Assembly: GCA_016187465.1 (NCBI GenBank)
Contig: JACPJQ010000005.1
Location: 163,183 to 227,182, forward strand
Length of the DNA: 64,000 nucleotides
Direction: 5' to 3'
DNA from: Candidatus Woesearchaeota archaeon
GTDB lineage: Archaea; Nanobdellota; Nanobdellia; Woesearchaeales; GW2011-AR4
The translations under genes and the position numbers were made by a program. How positions within the stretch are numbered: position 1 is the first letter of the stretch; each line of letters begins with the position of its first letter. The notes under the pieces are model-generated. The model was given only the letters and a program-made list of their open reading frames with translations. It was not told the origin of the DNA and did no database searches. Shown here in pieces: positions 9,581 through 19,058 of the stretch.

Positions 9581-11131
9581 TTATTTTTTTAATTTGCTGA
9601 GTCTCGTGTTGATTTGCCGCTCCAGACTTTTTTGAAACCGATCTCCTTTCAAAAGATAGCTTTCTGTGCTCGATGATATGCCATTAAGTTCATATCCTTT
9701 CGCACCTTGTTTATATGCGGCCATGATATGTAGAATTCTTTCCGGCATCGGTATATCAATATATCTTTGATTAAACTGTCCCAGGTATTTAGTTGCAATT
9801 TCTATAGATTTATATGAATCTAGAGTATCTTGGGCTTTAAATCCCAAACTTTCTGCTGTACTTGGCTTGATTTGCATGATCCCACAACTTTGTTCACCTA
9901 TTCCATAGCACCCAGTACCTTCTTTAAATCTTGATTCAACAGCGCCAACTATAAGCGGTGTTATCGGTGGAAGATTATTTTTAGTGGATTGTTCAGAGAT
10001 ATATTGTAGCATATTATCATTAATATTTGCCATTACGGCCTTAACATCAGATTCACCTGTAAATCTAGCAATATCTTTAAGTGGGGCATAATCTGGATTG
10101 TTTACTCTTTGGAAAATTTCTTTTGCCGTAGGGCCGTTTGGGGTCGATATTGGTGTTGAATCTGTAAGCCTAGATATTATTCGGACATTTGAAGCCTGGG
10201 CATTTGACGCTCCATCATTGTAAAACAGCACAGCTTCTCCACTTTTCAAGGCATTCAGTAACTTGATATTTTGTGGTTCTGTTCCTATATATTTTTCATT
10301 AGGGTAATCTGATTCGTAAATATCTTTTCTCTTAGCAAAATTTTCAGAGCCTTGGTAACCCGCTTCCTTAAACACATCAGATACTGATTTATCAGTACTT
10401 GAAACAATAAAATTCTTAACAGGTATCAGTTTATGACCCTCAGCACTTTCTATGAACGATAATTTTACAGACCTTCTTTCTGCTGTAAGCTTGATACCGT
10501 CAAAATCCAACCTGCCGCCTTTTGCCAAATAAATTTCACTATCTTTCAAATTCACTATCATGTCTCCCAATTTGTAATTGCCATCTTCAAAGTATATATT
10601 AGCATTCGGAAATGTTGTAACTCCCAGTTTTCCTATTGCTGTTAGGATATTTTGGCCAAGATTGTAGAAGAATCTGGTATTTGCGCCGATATTTTGGTTG
10701 TTAACTGTACAAGATGGAACGCAAGTGCTGCTTGTCGTGCCTTCAATCCGGTTTCCGTTGTATACGACTCCATTCGCATTTGCTATTTGAACCTCGTTTA
10801 AATTCCCATTTTTGATTGTAAATCCGCTGCTTTGCGTGTACGAGCCTTCCCCTTTGAATTTTGCGCTGTTAGGCAGTTCAACAGTGCCGCCGTTGATTGC
10901 GATTGTGCCGCTAAAATCTTTTGTGAGGGTGGCAGATGTTCCTGATGACAATGTTAAAATATTTGATGATTGGTCATAAATAAAACCTGTTCCAGAAACC
11001 AGTACCCCAAGGTTATTGTTGAGCCAATTGACCTGCTCTTGGATTGAATTTGCATCATTATATGAATTACTTTGTGCATAAACTAAACCAATTAATACAA
11101 TACCCAAAAAAATAAATTTCATTTTTCTCAT
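9581..11131 (-). CDS. Secreted lytic transglycosylase (SLT domain) with a putative cell-wall-binding module
   Basis: SLT motifs AVES, GIMQI, AAYKQG; signal peptide; YIGTEPQNIKLL motif resembling DUF3597. Confidence 0.8.
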   Translation of the reverse strand: MRKMKFIFLGIVLIGLVYAQSNSYNDANSIQEQVNWLNNNLGVLVSGTGFIYDQSSNILTLSSGTSATLTKDFSGTIAINGGTVELPNSAKFKGEGSYTQSSGFTIKNGNLNEVQIANANGVVYNGNRIEGTTSSTCVPSCTVNNQNIGANTRFFYNLGQNILTAIGKLGVTTFPNANIYFEDGNYKLGDMIVNLKDSEIYLAKGGRLDFDGIKLTAERRSVKLSFIESAEGHKLIPVKNFIVSSTDKSVSDVFKEAGYQGSENFAKRKDIYESDYPNEKYIGTEPQNIKLLNALKSGEAVLFYNDGASNAQASNVRIISRLTDSTPISTPNGPTAKEIFQRVNNPDYAPLKDIARFTGESDVKAVMANINDNMLQYISEQSTKNNLPPITPLIVGAVESRFKEGTGCYGIGEQSCGIMQIKPSTAESLGFKAQDTLDSYKSIEIATKYLGQFNQRYIDIPMPERILHIMAAYKQGAKGYELNGISSSTESYLLKGDRFQKSLERQINTRLSKLKK

Positions 11132-11898
11132 TTTGTCATTGCAAAGCTGAATATGTAATCATTCTCGTCAATTTTTGTCACGTTGTCAAATATTGTCAAA
11201 ATCATTGAATCCTCATGCGAAACTACGTCTATGAAAACATTGTTCTCTGAAGCCAGATCAATCAGGCAGTCAGCGCACAAAGCCCCGTTATTCTTTATCT
11301 TTCCTTCAACTATTTCTGAAGCGATGTCATAAATTGTGTCGAGCCTTACAGGCACCTCTGTCCTGAATTTCAAGAATTGGGCTTTTGCATCTCCTTTGTA
11401 GATATTGATAGGGTAATCGATATGGATAAAGACAGCATCCTTGCCGATAGTTGAACTGACAGATTCTATCGCTCCTTCAACATTTGCTCCTTGGAAATCC
11501 TGCAGATTATTAACACATGCAGGCAGTTGCTCCATGACATAATCTGAAATCTGTGATTCAACAGTCTCTCGTGTTGGCATATAGTTGGCACTCCTAAAGA
11601 CATAGTAAGGGACACCGTCATAGAAATAAACCAATTTCGGCTCAGGCACCTTGTAATAGCCGCCATACAAGCCCGTGTATACGATAGCTCTCTTTCCTAT
11701 TTCATCAACGCAAAAGTCAATATTTGACTTAAGCGGCAGCAGGGAAGATGGCAAGCCAGAGCTGGTGGTTATTTCTGCCTCTTTTTTTATATCGGTCTTT
11801 GTCTTATCTGCAGACAGGTAACTCATAAAAGAGATAGCGATCAGTACAACGAGTCCAAGTACGAGAAACAAAGTTACTTGTGTTTTTTTATTCAACAT
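11128..11898 (-). CDS. Secreted protein with class III (pilin-like) signal peptide
   Basis: KKT|QVTLFLVLGLVVL; shares GxxGGY, DYPI and VPVxLDxIYD motifs with 5657..7792. Confidence 0.7.
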   Translation of the reverse strand: MLNKKTQVTLFLVLGLVVLIAISFMSYLSADKTKTDIKKEAEITTSSGLPSSLLPLKSNIDFCVDEIGKRAIVYTGLYGGYYKVPEPKLVYFYDGVPYYVFRSANYMPTRETVESQISDYVMEQLPACVNNLQDFQGANVEGAIESVSSTIGKDAVFIHIDYPINIYKGDAKAQFLKFRTEVPVRLDTIYDIASEIVEGKIKNNGALCADCLIDLASENNVFIDVVSHEDSMILTIFDNVTKIDENDYIFSFAMTK

Positions 11899-12216
11899 CT
11901 TTTTTGTCTATTGCATGCCGTCCTTAATGCTATTAATAAATCTTTTGGGGGCATTTGTTTTAGGGTGTTCCATTATAAAATTTTTATATAAACTATATAA
12001 ACCAAAACCGTGAAAATCGTAACGAAAAGCGCAACATTTAAATATAACTTGGTAATAGTGACGGATATAAAATGGCAAATAGCATAAAGTGGATGGACGT
12101 GTGTATTCTAAAGCTGATTAGGCCTATCCACGCAACAGCTGCAACAAAAGCTGTGATGTGCTGATTGCCAATTTTAACCTTACTTTTTTTCTAAAACAAG
12201 AATGGAGGTGTTAAAA

Positions 12217-12330
12217 TTGGTGCAAAAGACTAAACTAAGCAATGCGGAACGGGAAGATTTTGAGGATTTCCTCAAAAACCTGTCAGATGTAGATTTCAAC
12301 AACCGCAATGAAGAATCGAAATATAAGTGA
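12217..12330 (+). CDS. Small acidic hypothetical protein (37 aa)
   Basis: Strong SD GGAGGTG at 12204-12210 before TTG/GTG; MVQKTKLSNAEREDFEDFLKNLSDVDF... Confidence 0.45.
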   Translation: MVQKTKLSNAEREDFEDFLKNLSDVDFNNRNEESKYK

Positions 12331-12382
12331 AAATATGGGCAAACATAAAAGTTTAAATATGCATTGGCTTAACAGCCGTGTC

Positions 12383-12424
12383 ATGATTAGGCAAGATTAT
12401 TATAGATGCTATTGTTGTTGCTAG
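12383..12424 (+). CDS. Putative Cys-rich leader peptide MIRQDYYRCYCCC
   Basis: Four of the last five codons are Cys; TATA-like TTTAAATA about 25 nt upstream; lies directly before tRNA-Cys and cysS. Confidence 0.55.
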   Translation: MIRQDYYRCYCCC

Positions 12425-12500
12425 TTCTTATAATCGTATTAGATAACTTAATATTTATCACCTATTTCATTCAAAAATCAATAAACAAAATCACTTTCAA

Positions 12501-12645
12501 GCGAGGATAGCCAAGCGGCTAAGGCGAGCGTTTTAATCGCTTAATGCGATTTAACTCGATGCTGCAAAGCAGCATTACGATCCGCAAGGAGATGACTTGT
12601 TGCGCAAAGCCCGCTTATTCGCCGGTTCGAGTCCGGCTCCTCGCT
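12501..12645 (+). tRNA. tRNA-Cys(GCA) with two introns (12531-12560 at 30/31; 12568-12609 at 37/38)
   Basis: Acceptor stem GCGAGGA/TCCTCGC; T-arm GCCGG-TTCGAGT-CCGGC; spliced anticodon arm AGCGG-CTGCAAC-CCGCT; U73 discriminator; BHB motifs at both introns; 73-nt mature length. Confidence 0.9.
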
Positions 12646-12706
12646 TTTTTTATTTAAGACTAGGCAATAAAAACAATTAAAAACCCATTAAACAATTTCT
12701 TATAAA

Positions 12707-14104
12707 ATGCCATTAAAACTTTACAACACGCTGACCAGAAAAAAAGAAAATTTCAAGCCCATTAAAAATAAGATTGTTAATTTGTACTCATGCGGACCCA
12801 CGGTTTATGACTATGCTCACATAGGCAACTTCAGGGCATATGTTTGCGTTGATGTTCTAAAGCGCTATCTGAAATACAAGGGCTTCAAAGTGAAGCACAT
12901 AACAAATATTACAGACGTCGACGACAAAACTATAAAGGGCGCAAAACAGGAAGGAATTTCACTGAAGGAGTTTACAGAAAAATATGAGAAAGCTTTCTTT
13001 GACGATATTTCAATATTAAACATAGAGAAGGCTGACACCTACCCAAAAGCGACTGAACATATCAAAGAGATGGTGGGCATTGTAAAAAAATTATTGAACA
13101 AAAAGATAGCCTATAAAAGCGAAGACGGAAGCGTCTATTTTGACATATCCAAATTTAGGGACTATGGAAGATTATCGCATATTAAAATAGAAGAACTGAA
13201 AGAAGGCGCCAGAGTCAGGCATGACAGCTATGAAAAGGAAGAAGGGAGGGATTTTGCCCTGTGGAAAGCCTATGACAAAGAAGATGGTGATGTGCTCTGG
13301 GAGACAGAAATTGGACGTGGAAGGCCAGGCTGGCATCTTGAGTGCTCTGCAATGTCGATGAAATACCTTGGCAGCCATTTTGACATCCACGCCGGCGGAG
13401 TTGACTTAGTTTTTCCTCACCATGAGAATGAGATTGCGCAAAGCGAGGCATTTACCCGAAAAAAATTCGTCAATTACTGGTTCCACAACGAGCATTTGCT
13501 TGTTGACGGCCGCAAAATGTCCAAGTCATTGGGAAATTTTTATACATTGAGAGATTTGTTGATGAAAAAGTATTCTCCCAAAGCGATAAGGTATCTTTTA
13601 TTGTCAGCGCATTACAGGATGCAACTTAATTTTACAGAAGAAAGCATCAAAGCAGCTGAAAATTCAATCCAAAGATTGGAAGATTTTATTATTAAATTAA
13701 AAGAGATAAAAAACAATGCTGAAAACAAAAACATTGACAGGATAATTCAAAAAACAAAAAAACAATTTGACGACGCGATGGACGACGACTTAAACATAAG
13801 CGTGGCATTGGCACATATTTTTGAATTTGTTAAGGAAATAAACACCTCTATGATGGAAAACAAAATCGGAAAAAACAATTCCAAAAAAATAATTGATTTC
13901 ATGCATGACATTGACAAAATTCTTGGAATTCTTAAGGAAAAAGAAGAAAAATTAAGCCCTGAAATAAAAAGATTGATTGACGAAAGAGAAAAGGCAAGAA
14001 AGGAAAAAGATTTTGCAAGAGCAGACAAAATAAGGGAAGAATTAAAGCAAAAAGGAATAATTCTCGAGGATACAAAGGAAGGGGTTAGGTGGAAGAAGTG
14101 TTAA
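12707..14104 (+). CDS. cysS: Cysteine--tRNA ligase
   Basis: [19 protein letters not shown] and KMSKS motifs. Confidence 0.98.
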   Translation: MPLKLYNTLTRKKENFKPIKNKIVNLYSCGPTVYDYAHIGNFRAYVCVDVLKRYLKYKGFKVKHITNITDVDDKTIKGAKQEGISLKEFTEKYEKAFFDDISILNIEKADTYPKATEHIKEMVGIVKKLLNKKIAYKSEDGSVYFDISKFRDYGRLSHIKIEELKEGARVRHDSYEKEEGRDFALWKAYDKEDGDVLWETEIGRGRPGWHLECSAMSMKYLGSHFDIHAGGVDLVFPHHENEIAQSEAFTRKKFVNYWFHNEHLLVDGRKMSKSLGNFYTLRDLLMKKYSPKAIRYLLLSAHYRMQLNFTEESIKAAENSIQRLEDFIIKLKEIKNNAENKNIDRIIQKTKKQFDDAMDDDLNISVALAHIFEFVKEINTSMMENKIGKNNSKKIIDFMHDIDKILGILKEKEEKLSPEIKRLIDEREKARKEKDFARADKIREELKQKGIILEDTKEGVRWKKC

Positions 14105-14121
14105 ATAAAAATAATTCAGCT

Positions 14122-14847
14122 TTAATGCTGTGTTTTGGAAGGTGGATACATACTTCTTAAGCGAGGGTCAGGTTCAAACACGTTTACAAATACGCCCTCT
14201 AAATCTTGGGGAGTAATACTCTTAGGTTTTTGGATAACATAAGTAAAAATATCTCTATATTGCATATGTAAGAACTCATTTCTTCTGTCTGTATCAAAAA
14301 ATTCATCTGCAGTTAATCTTTCTCTTCCAATTATTGCTTCTATCCCCTTATCCACTAAATATAATTTGCCGCTTCTTTCCCCTATAATAAATTTTCCAAG
14401 ACTCATCATTTCATGCAACTTTAATTCTCCTCTATCTAACCTATTTTGTATAAACAGGGCTTCTTGTAGGGTATATTCCTCCGAAATTTTTGCATATACT
14501 TTTTTATCTGCCAATAATTTAAGTGCTTGAGGGAATGTGTCATTCAGTCTTAGCAACTTGCTTGCAGGATGCCTATAACTTGAAGGATTTTTACTCTTTT
14601 CTGTTAATTGGAAGGCATAAAAACCCATATCTGCCTCATCGAAGTCAAAAAATGAGCTTAAAGCTGATATAGAATACTCCAGACTTGTTAGTGGACTATC
14701 ACTTTCGGGTTTAGTTTTCTGCTACCTTTTATTACCAGTTTCCTGTCTTCTCCATTCATGCCTTCCATTAAATGTATGATGCCTCCTGCTGGAGCGCAAT
14801 TCAATAATCGAACGCCTTGGATCATAAATGTCTATACTTCCATTCAT
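14122..14847 (-). pseudogene. Orphan gene with one in-frame TAG (14722-14724); downstream part is ORF 14122..14628
   Basis: SD GGTGAT plus ATG at 14847, in frame with the 168-aa ORF and interrupted only by one amber codon. Confidence 0.45.
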
Positions 14848-14912
14848 TTTATCACCTTATAACAATTTTAAAATTATATAAACTTTTCACTACTATTATT
14901 TAAATATTTTCC

Positions 14913-17333
14913 TCAAAACTCAGCCTCAATCTCAATATCTTTCTCAGGATGCTTGCCTCTCGTCGGCTCAAAAATTATCTGCTCCGCACTTGTGGCTGCC
15001 TTTATATCTGATTCCACTTCATCAAAGTCAATTTCCTCAATTTTGGCTTTTATCGTCAATTTCTTAACTGGCGCCTTGAGAGACAATTGCTTTTCAGATT
15101 TCTGCTTTCTCACGAATTCAACGACCTTAACAACAAAATCCCCTATCCTTTCAGCATGCTCGTCCTCCATGTTTACTTCAGGCCATTTTGAAATATGAAC
15201 ACTCTTGACATTTTCATGATTCCTGAAGTAAAGCTGGTATAACTCTTCTGTAATGAACGGCATTATCGGCGCCATCAGCTTTATTATTGTCAGTAAGGTG
15301 TTGTACAAGCCGAATTGCGCGGAAACTCTTGCATCTGAGCCTCTTTTGTCAGCATTGTAAAGCCTGTCTTTTATTATCTCAAGATAATTATCGCAAAAAG
15401 TGTGCCAGAAGAATGTTTCTGTTGCAAGCTTTGTGTGGGAGTATTCATAATTCATGAAATTTTCCGTGCTTTCTTTCATAACTTTGCTGAGCTTTGACAG
15501 AATCCACCTGTCCATCATATTTATTTTGCTTGGGCGTTCTCCTTTGTAATCAGAAAGGTGCATGAAGGCAAACTTGCTCGCATTCCATATCTTAGTTGTG
15601 AATTTGTTTCCAGTCACCAAATCTTTTTCCTGAAAAGGCAAATCATCTCCCAGCCTGCTTCCAGCCGCCCAGAATCTCAATGAATCAGCAGAGTATTTGC
15701 CAATCATCTCCCTGGGGTCGATAACATTTCCCTTGCTCTTGCTCATCTTCTTGCCTTTCGGATCCAAAGCCCAGCCGGAGATCATTACATTTTTCCAAGG
15801 AATGTTTTTGTGGTGAAAATAGCTTTTAACAACAGTGTTGAAAAGCCAGAAGGTTATTATGTCATGAGCCTGCGGCCTTAAGCCCATAGGATGTAATTTT
15901 TCTTGGAGGGTTTTATTCTTAAACAGTTCAATTGCAATGTCCGGTGTCAAAGATGAAGTTGCCCATGTATCCAGCACATCTTTTTCACCAATAAACTCGT
16001 TTGAGCCGCATTTGCATTTTTTCAATGGCTTGTCAACCAAAGGATCGACAGGCAATTGCTTTTCTTCTGCTACAATTATTGCATTGCATTTCTTGCAGTA
16101 CCATACCGGAATTGGAATGCCAAAATGTCTTTGTCTTGAGATGTTCCAGTCCCATTTCAAGCCATGAATCCAGTTCTCGTATCTTGCGCGCATATGCTCA
16201 GGATACCATTTAATCTTTCTGCCGTATTTTATGAAATCATCTTTCAGGTCAAGATACTTAATGAACCATTGGTCCATTGCAACAAACTCGATTACAGTTC
16301 CGCATCTTTCATGAGTGTTTACTACCTGCCCGATTTGCTCTTCTTTTACCACAGCCTCTGCTTTCTCCCAGTCATTGACGACTGCCTTTCTTGCCTCTTC
16401 GCTGTTCATGCCCTTGTATTTTCCGGCTTTTTCATTCAAGCGCCCGTCCCTGTTCATTATGTGCTTAACTTTTAAATCAGGGTGCTTTGCGACAAATTCT
16501 ATGTCATTCATGTCGCCATAAGGGCACCAATAAACCGCACCTGTACCAAAATCCATTTTTGTCATATCATCGGCAATTATTGGAACTTTCTCGTTGCTTA
16601 CTGGAATTGTTGCAGTCTTTCCAATCAGATGATTGAATCTCTTGTCATCAGGATGAACGCTTATTGCAATGCACGCCATCATAAGTTCGGGTCTTGTAGT
16701 TGCAAATACAGTGCTTTCATTGCCGTCTACTTGTGCTTTAATGTAATACAATGTGGACATTCTTTCCAAGTCTTTCAATTCCACCTGCGCTATTGCAGTT
16801 GCGCAGTTTGGGCAAGCCATTGAAGGCGCAAATTTCCTATAAATCCTTCCCATCTTGTAAAGCTCCAGAAAAGAGCGCTGTGATATTTTTTGGGAATGGT
16901 TGTTGATTGTTGAATAGAAAATATTGAAATCTGCGCTTGTGCCTATTCGCTTCCAGTCATAGACAAAATCATTCCTTATTTCTTCCACCGTGGTATAACA
17001 TAGTTTTACAAACTCCTGCCGCTGCATAAACTGCCCTTTGACATTCTTCATCTTTTCAATCATTCTCTCGGTGGCTAACCCATTATCATCAACGCCAAAA
17101 GGATAGAAAACATTTTTGCCCAGCATTCTCTGGAATCTAGCGACAAAGTCCTGCTGCGCATAGGAAAAAGAGTGCCCGAGGTGCATTTTTCCGCTTACAG
17201 TTGGTGGCGGGGTGTCAATTGAGTAAATCTCTGCCTTGCTTTCGGGATTAAAGGCATAGACTTTTTCCTTCTCCCAGAACTCAAGCCATTTGGGCTCTGA
17301 AACCTTGGCGTCATAATTCTTTGGAAGTTCCAT
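14913..17333 (-). CDS. valS: Valine--tRNA ligase (archaeal type)
   Basis: DTPPPTVSG, HLGH, WNISRQR, DVLDTW and KMSKS motifs. Confidence 0.97.
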   Translation of the reverse strand: MELPKNYDAKVSEPKWLEFWEKEKVYAFNPESKAEIYSIDTPPPTVSGKMHLGHSFSYAQQDFVARFQRMLGKNVFYPFGVDDNGLATERMIEKMKNVKGQFMQRQEFVKLCYTTVEEIRNDFVYDWKRIGTSADFNIFYSTINNHSQKISQRSFLELYKMGRIYRKFAPSMACPNCATAIAQVELKDLERMSTLYYIKAQVDGNESTVFATTRPELMMACIAISVHPDDKRFNHLIGKTATIPVSNEKVPIIADDMTKMDFGTGAVYWCPYGDMNDIEFVAKHPDLKVKHIMNRDGRLNEKAGKYKGMNSEEARKAVVNDWEKAEAVVKEEQIGQVVNTHERCGTVIEFVAMDQWFIKYLDLKDDFIKYGRKIKWYPEHMRARYENWIHGLKWDWNISRQRHFGIPIPVWYCKKCNAIIVAEEKQLPVDPLVDKPLKKCKCGSNEFIGEKDVLDTWATSSLTPDIAIELFKNKTLQEKLHPMGLRPQAHDIITFWLFNTVVKSYFHHKNIPWKNVMISGWALDPKGKKMSKSKGNVIDPREMIGKYSADSLRFWAAGSRLGDDLPFQEKDLVTGNKFTTKIWNASKFAFMHLSDYKGERPSKINMMDRWILSKLSKVMKESTENFMNYEYSHTKLATETFFWHTFCDNYLEIIKDRLYNADKRGSDARVSAQFGLYNTLLTIIKLMAPIMPFITEELYQLYFRNHENVKSVHISKWPEVNMEDEHAERIGDFVVKVVEFVRKQKSEKQLSLKAPVKKLTIKAKIEEIDFDEVESDIKAATSAEQIIFEPTRGKHPEKDIEIEAEF

Positions 17334-17375
17334 TTCAAGCAGTAGTTTTTATTTAGTATTTAAAAGTTTAATTAT

Positions 17376-17717
17376 TCAAGAAACATCTTTTTGCCTAAAC
17401 TGCAGACTCAGCTCGTTCCATCCAATCATCCCATCTTCAAGCACTTTAGTCCTGTAGCCCATGGATTCAAGGATTAAAGATGCTGGCTGTGCTGTTATTC
17501 CTGCATTGCATATTGTTATTATTTCCTTGGCTTTTGGAAGCACACTTAACTTCTGCCTTACTTTTTCATAATTTCCCTGTTTTATGTCGGAATAAACATC
17601 AATATTTATGCTCCCCGGGACCGTGCTTGCGCTGAATTTGCCATCATCTCTTATGTCGAGCATTAATACATCATTTTTCCCGCTTTTGGCAAGTTCTTCC
17701 GCAGTTATAAACTTCAT
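17376..17717 (-). CDS. Rhodanese-like domain protein
   Basis: LDIR, PGSINI, ICNAG active loop, LEDGMIGW. Confidence 0.9.
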   Translation of the reverse strand: MKFITAEELAKSGKNDVLMLDIRDDGKFSASTVPGSINIDVYSDIKQGNYEKVRQKLSVLPKAKEIITICNAGITAQPASLILESMGYRTKVLEDGMIGWNELSLQFRQKDVS

Positions 17718-17718
17718 T

Positions 17719-18939
17719 TCATTTAACCTGCCCTTTCAGCCATTCAACCTCTTCCGGCTCCAATTCAAGCTGATTTATTATATTGTTTCTCATCTCTTTA
17801 TTTTTGAACATGATGGGGATATAAGGCATTGTGCTTTTAAGGATTTCTTTTTTTGAAGAATGGGTTTTTGCTGCAATCTTCTCTGCAATATCTTTCTTTT
17901 TTGCTGCCTTCTGGTTTGCCCACCAAAGCTTCAATATCCTCCCGGTTGGCTTGTACCCAACAAGAGCTTTGTATTTCTCTTTTTTAGCAGACGCAATTCC
18001 TGCCGTAATCAATGCATTTATGTAAACCAAAAATCTGTAATGCTGCCATCTTTTAATTCTTCGGTTAAAGACATCAGCTTTGCTCAGCATTTCATATGCT
18101 TTTGCAAGCTCCTCTGGATTTGTATATTCTTTTGGCAGGTTTTCATCAATCCAAAGCAGCTGCTCGTTCAATTCTTCCTCAACATTGTCAAATGCAGATA
18201 TTGCAATTTTCAGATCAGTTGTCTTGAATATCTTATTTAATGCCGCCATTATATTGTCGGTTTTGTTTCTTTCAGAAAGCTCTTCCAGGCTTTCTTCTGC
18301 AAGCTCTTTTTTCTCATGCGCCAATGCCTGCAAATCATTTATTGCCGCCCTTGCATCGCCTCCCGACCTTCTTGAAAGAGCCTTCAGAACATCATCCTGA
18401 TATTTTATTTTTTCGTGCTCGCAGATTCCTTTTAATATTTTAAAAATTGACAAATGATCAAGCTGCTTGAATTCAATCAAGCTGGATTTGCTTCTCAAAG
18501 AGCTGAATTTGTTGTCAAATGGATTTGTGGATGTAAGGATTAATGGATATGGAGAATCTTCAATAAGCTTCAGCAATGCTTGTATGCCTCCTCTGTCTTC
18601 ACGGCCGCTCAATCCGTCAACCTCATCAACAAGAATTATTTTTCCTCTTGCAAAAAGGCTTTGCTGCTTTATTGCGTTTCCAATCTTCTGATTTATTTGC
18701 TCTGCATTTCTGAAATCGCTCGCATTGACTTCAATAACTTCCAGTCCAAGCTCGTTTGCTATTGCATAGGCAGAGCATGTTTTTCCAACTCCAGAAGTGC
18801 CATAAATCAGCGCAGAATTCTTTTTTTCCTTTGCAAAATTAACTATGAAATTCTTTAATTTTTTTATATTTTCATCCTGCCCGAATATTTCCTTCGTTGT
18901 TTTTGGCACATATCTGTTGATTAGTGGCTGCATGGCCAT
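17719..18939 (-). CDS. rfcL: Replication factor C large subunit
   Basis: GTSGVGKT Walker A, EVNASD, DEVDGL, GDARAAINDL, WIDENLP; start likely ATG 18939 or 18933. Confidence 0.93.
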   Translation of the reverse strand: MAMQPLINRYVPKTTKEIFGQDENIKKLKNFIVNFAKEKKNSALIYGTSGVGKTCSAYAIANELGLEVIEVNASDFRNAEQINQKIGNAIKQQSLFARGKIILVDEVDGLSGREDRGGIQALLKLIEDSPYPLILTSTNPFDNKFSSLRSKSSLIEFKQLDHLSIFKILKGICEHEKIKYQDDVLKALSRRSGGDARAAINDLQALAHEKKELAEESLEELSERNKTDNIMAALNKIFKTTDLKIAISAFDNVEEELNEQLLWIDENLPKEYTNPEELAKAYEMLSKADVFNRRIKRWQHYRFLVYINALITAGIASAKKEKYKALVGYKPTGRILKLWWANQKAAKKKDIAEKIAAKTHSSKKEILKSTMPYIPIMFKNKEMRNNIINQLELEPEEVEWLKGQVK

Positions 18940-19058
18940 GAGAGAAGCTTCATATTTTATTAAGTTATTGAATTTCAAACTGGCTTGCGGAAATCTGTTA
19001 TCACTATACAATTCTCACAATCAAAAGTTTTAAATACAAATAATAGGTATGCACAGTT

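Noticed and set aside
14722..14724. Genome-wide stop-codon reassignment
   Set aside because: Conserved genes end normally at TAG (e.g. pepA), TGA and TAA, and long genes are uninterrupted
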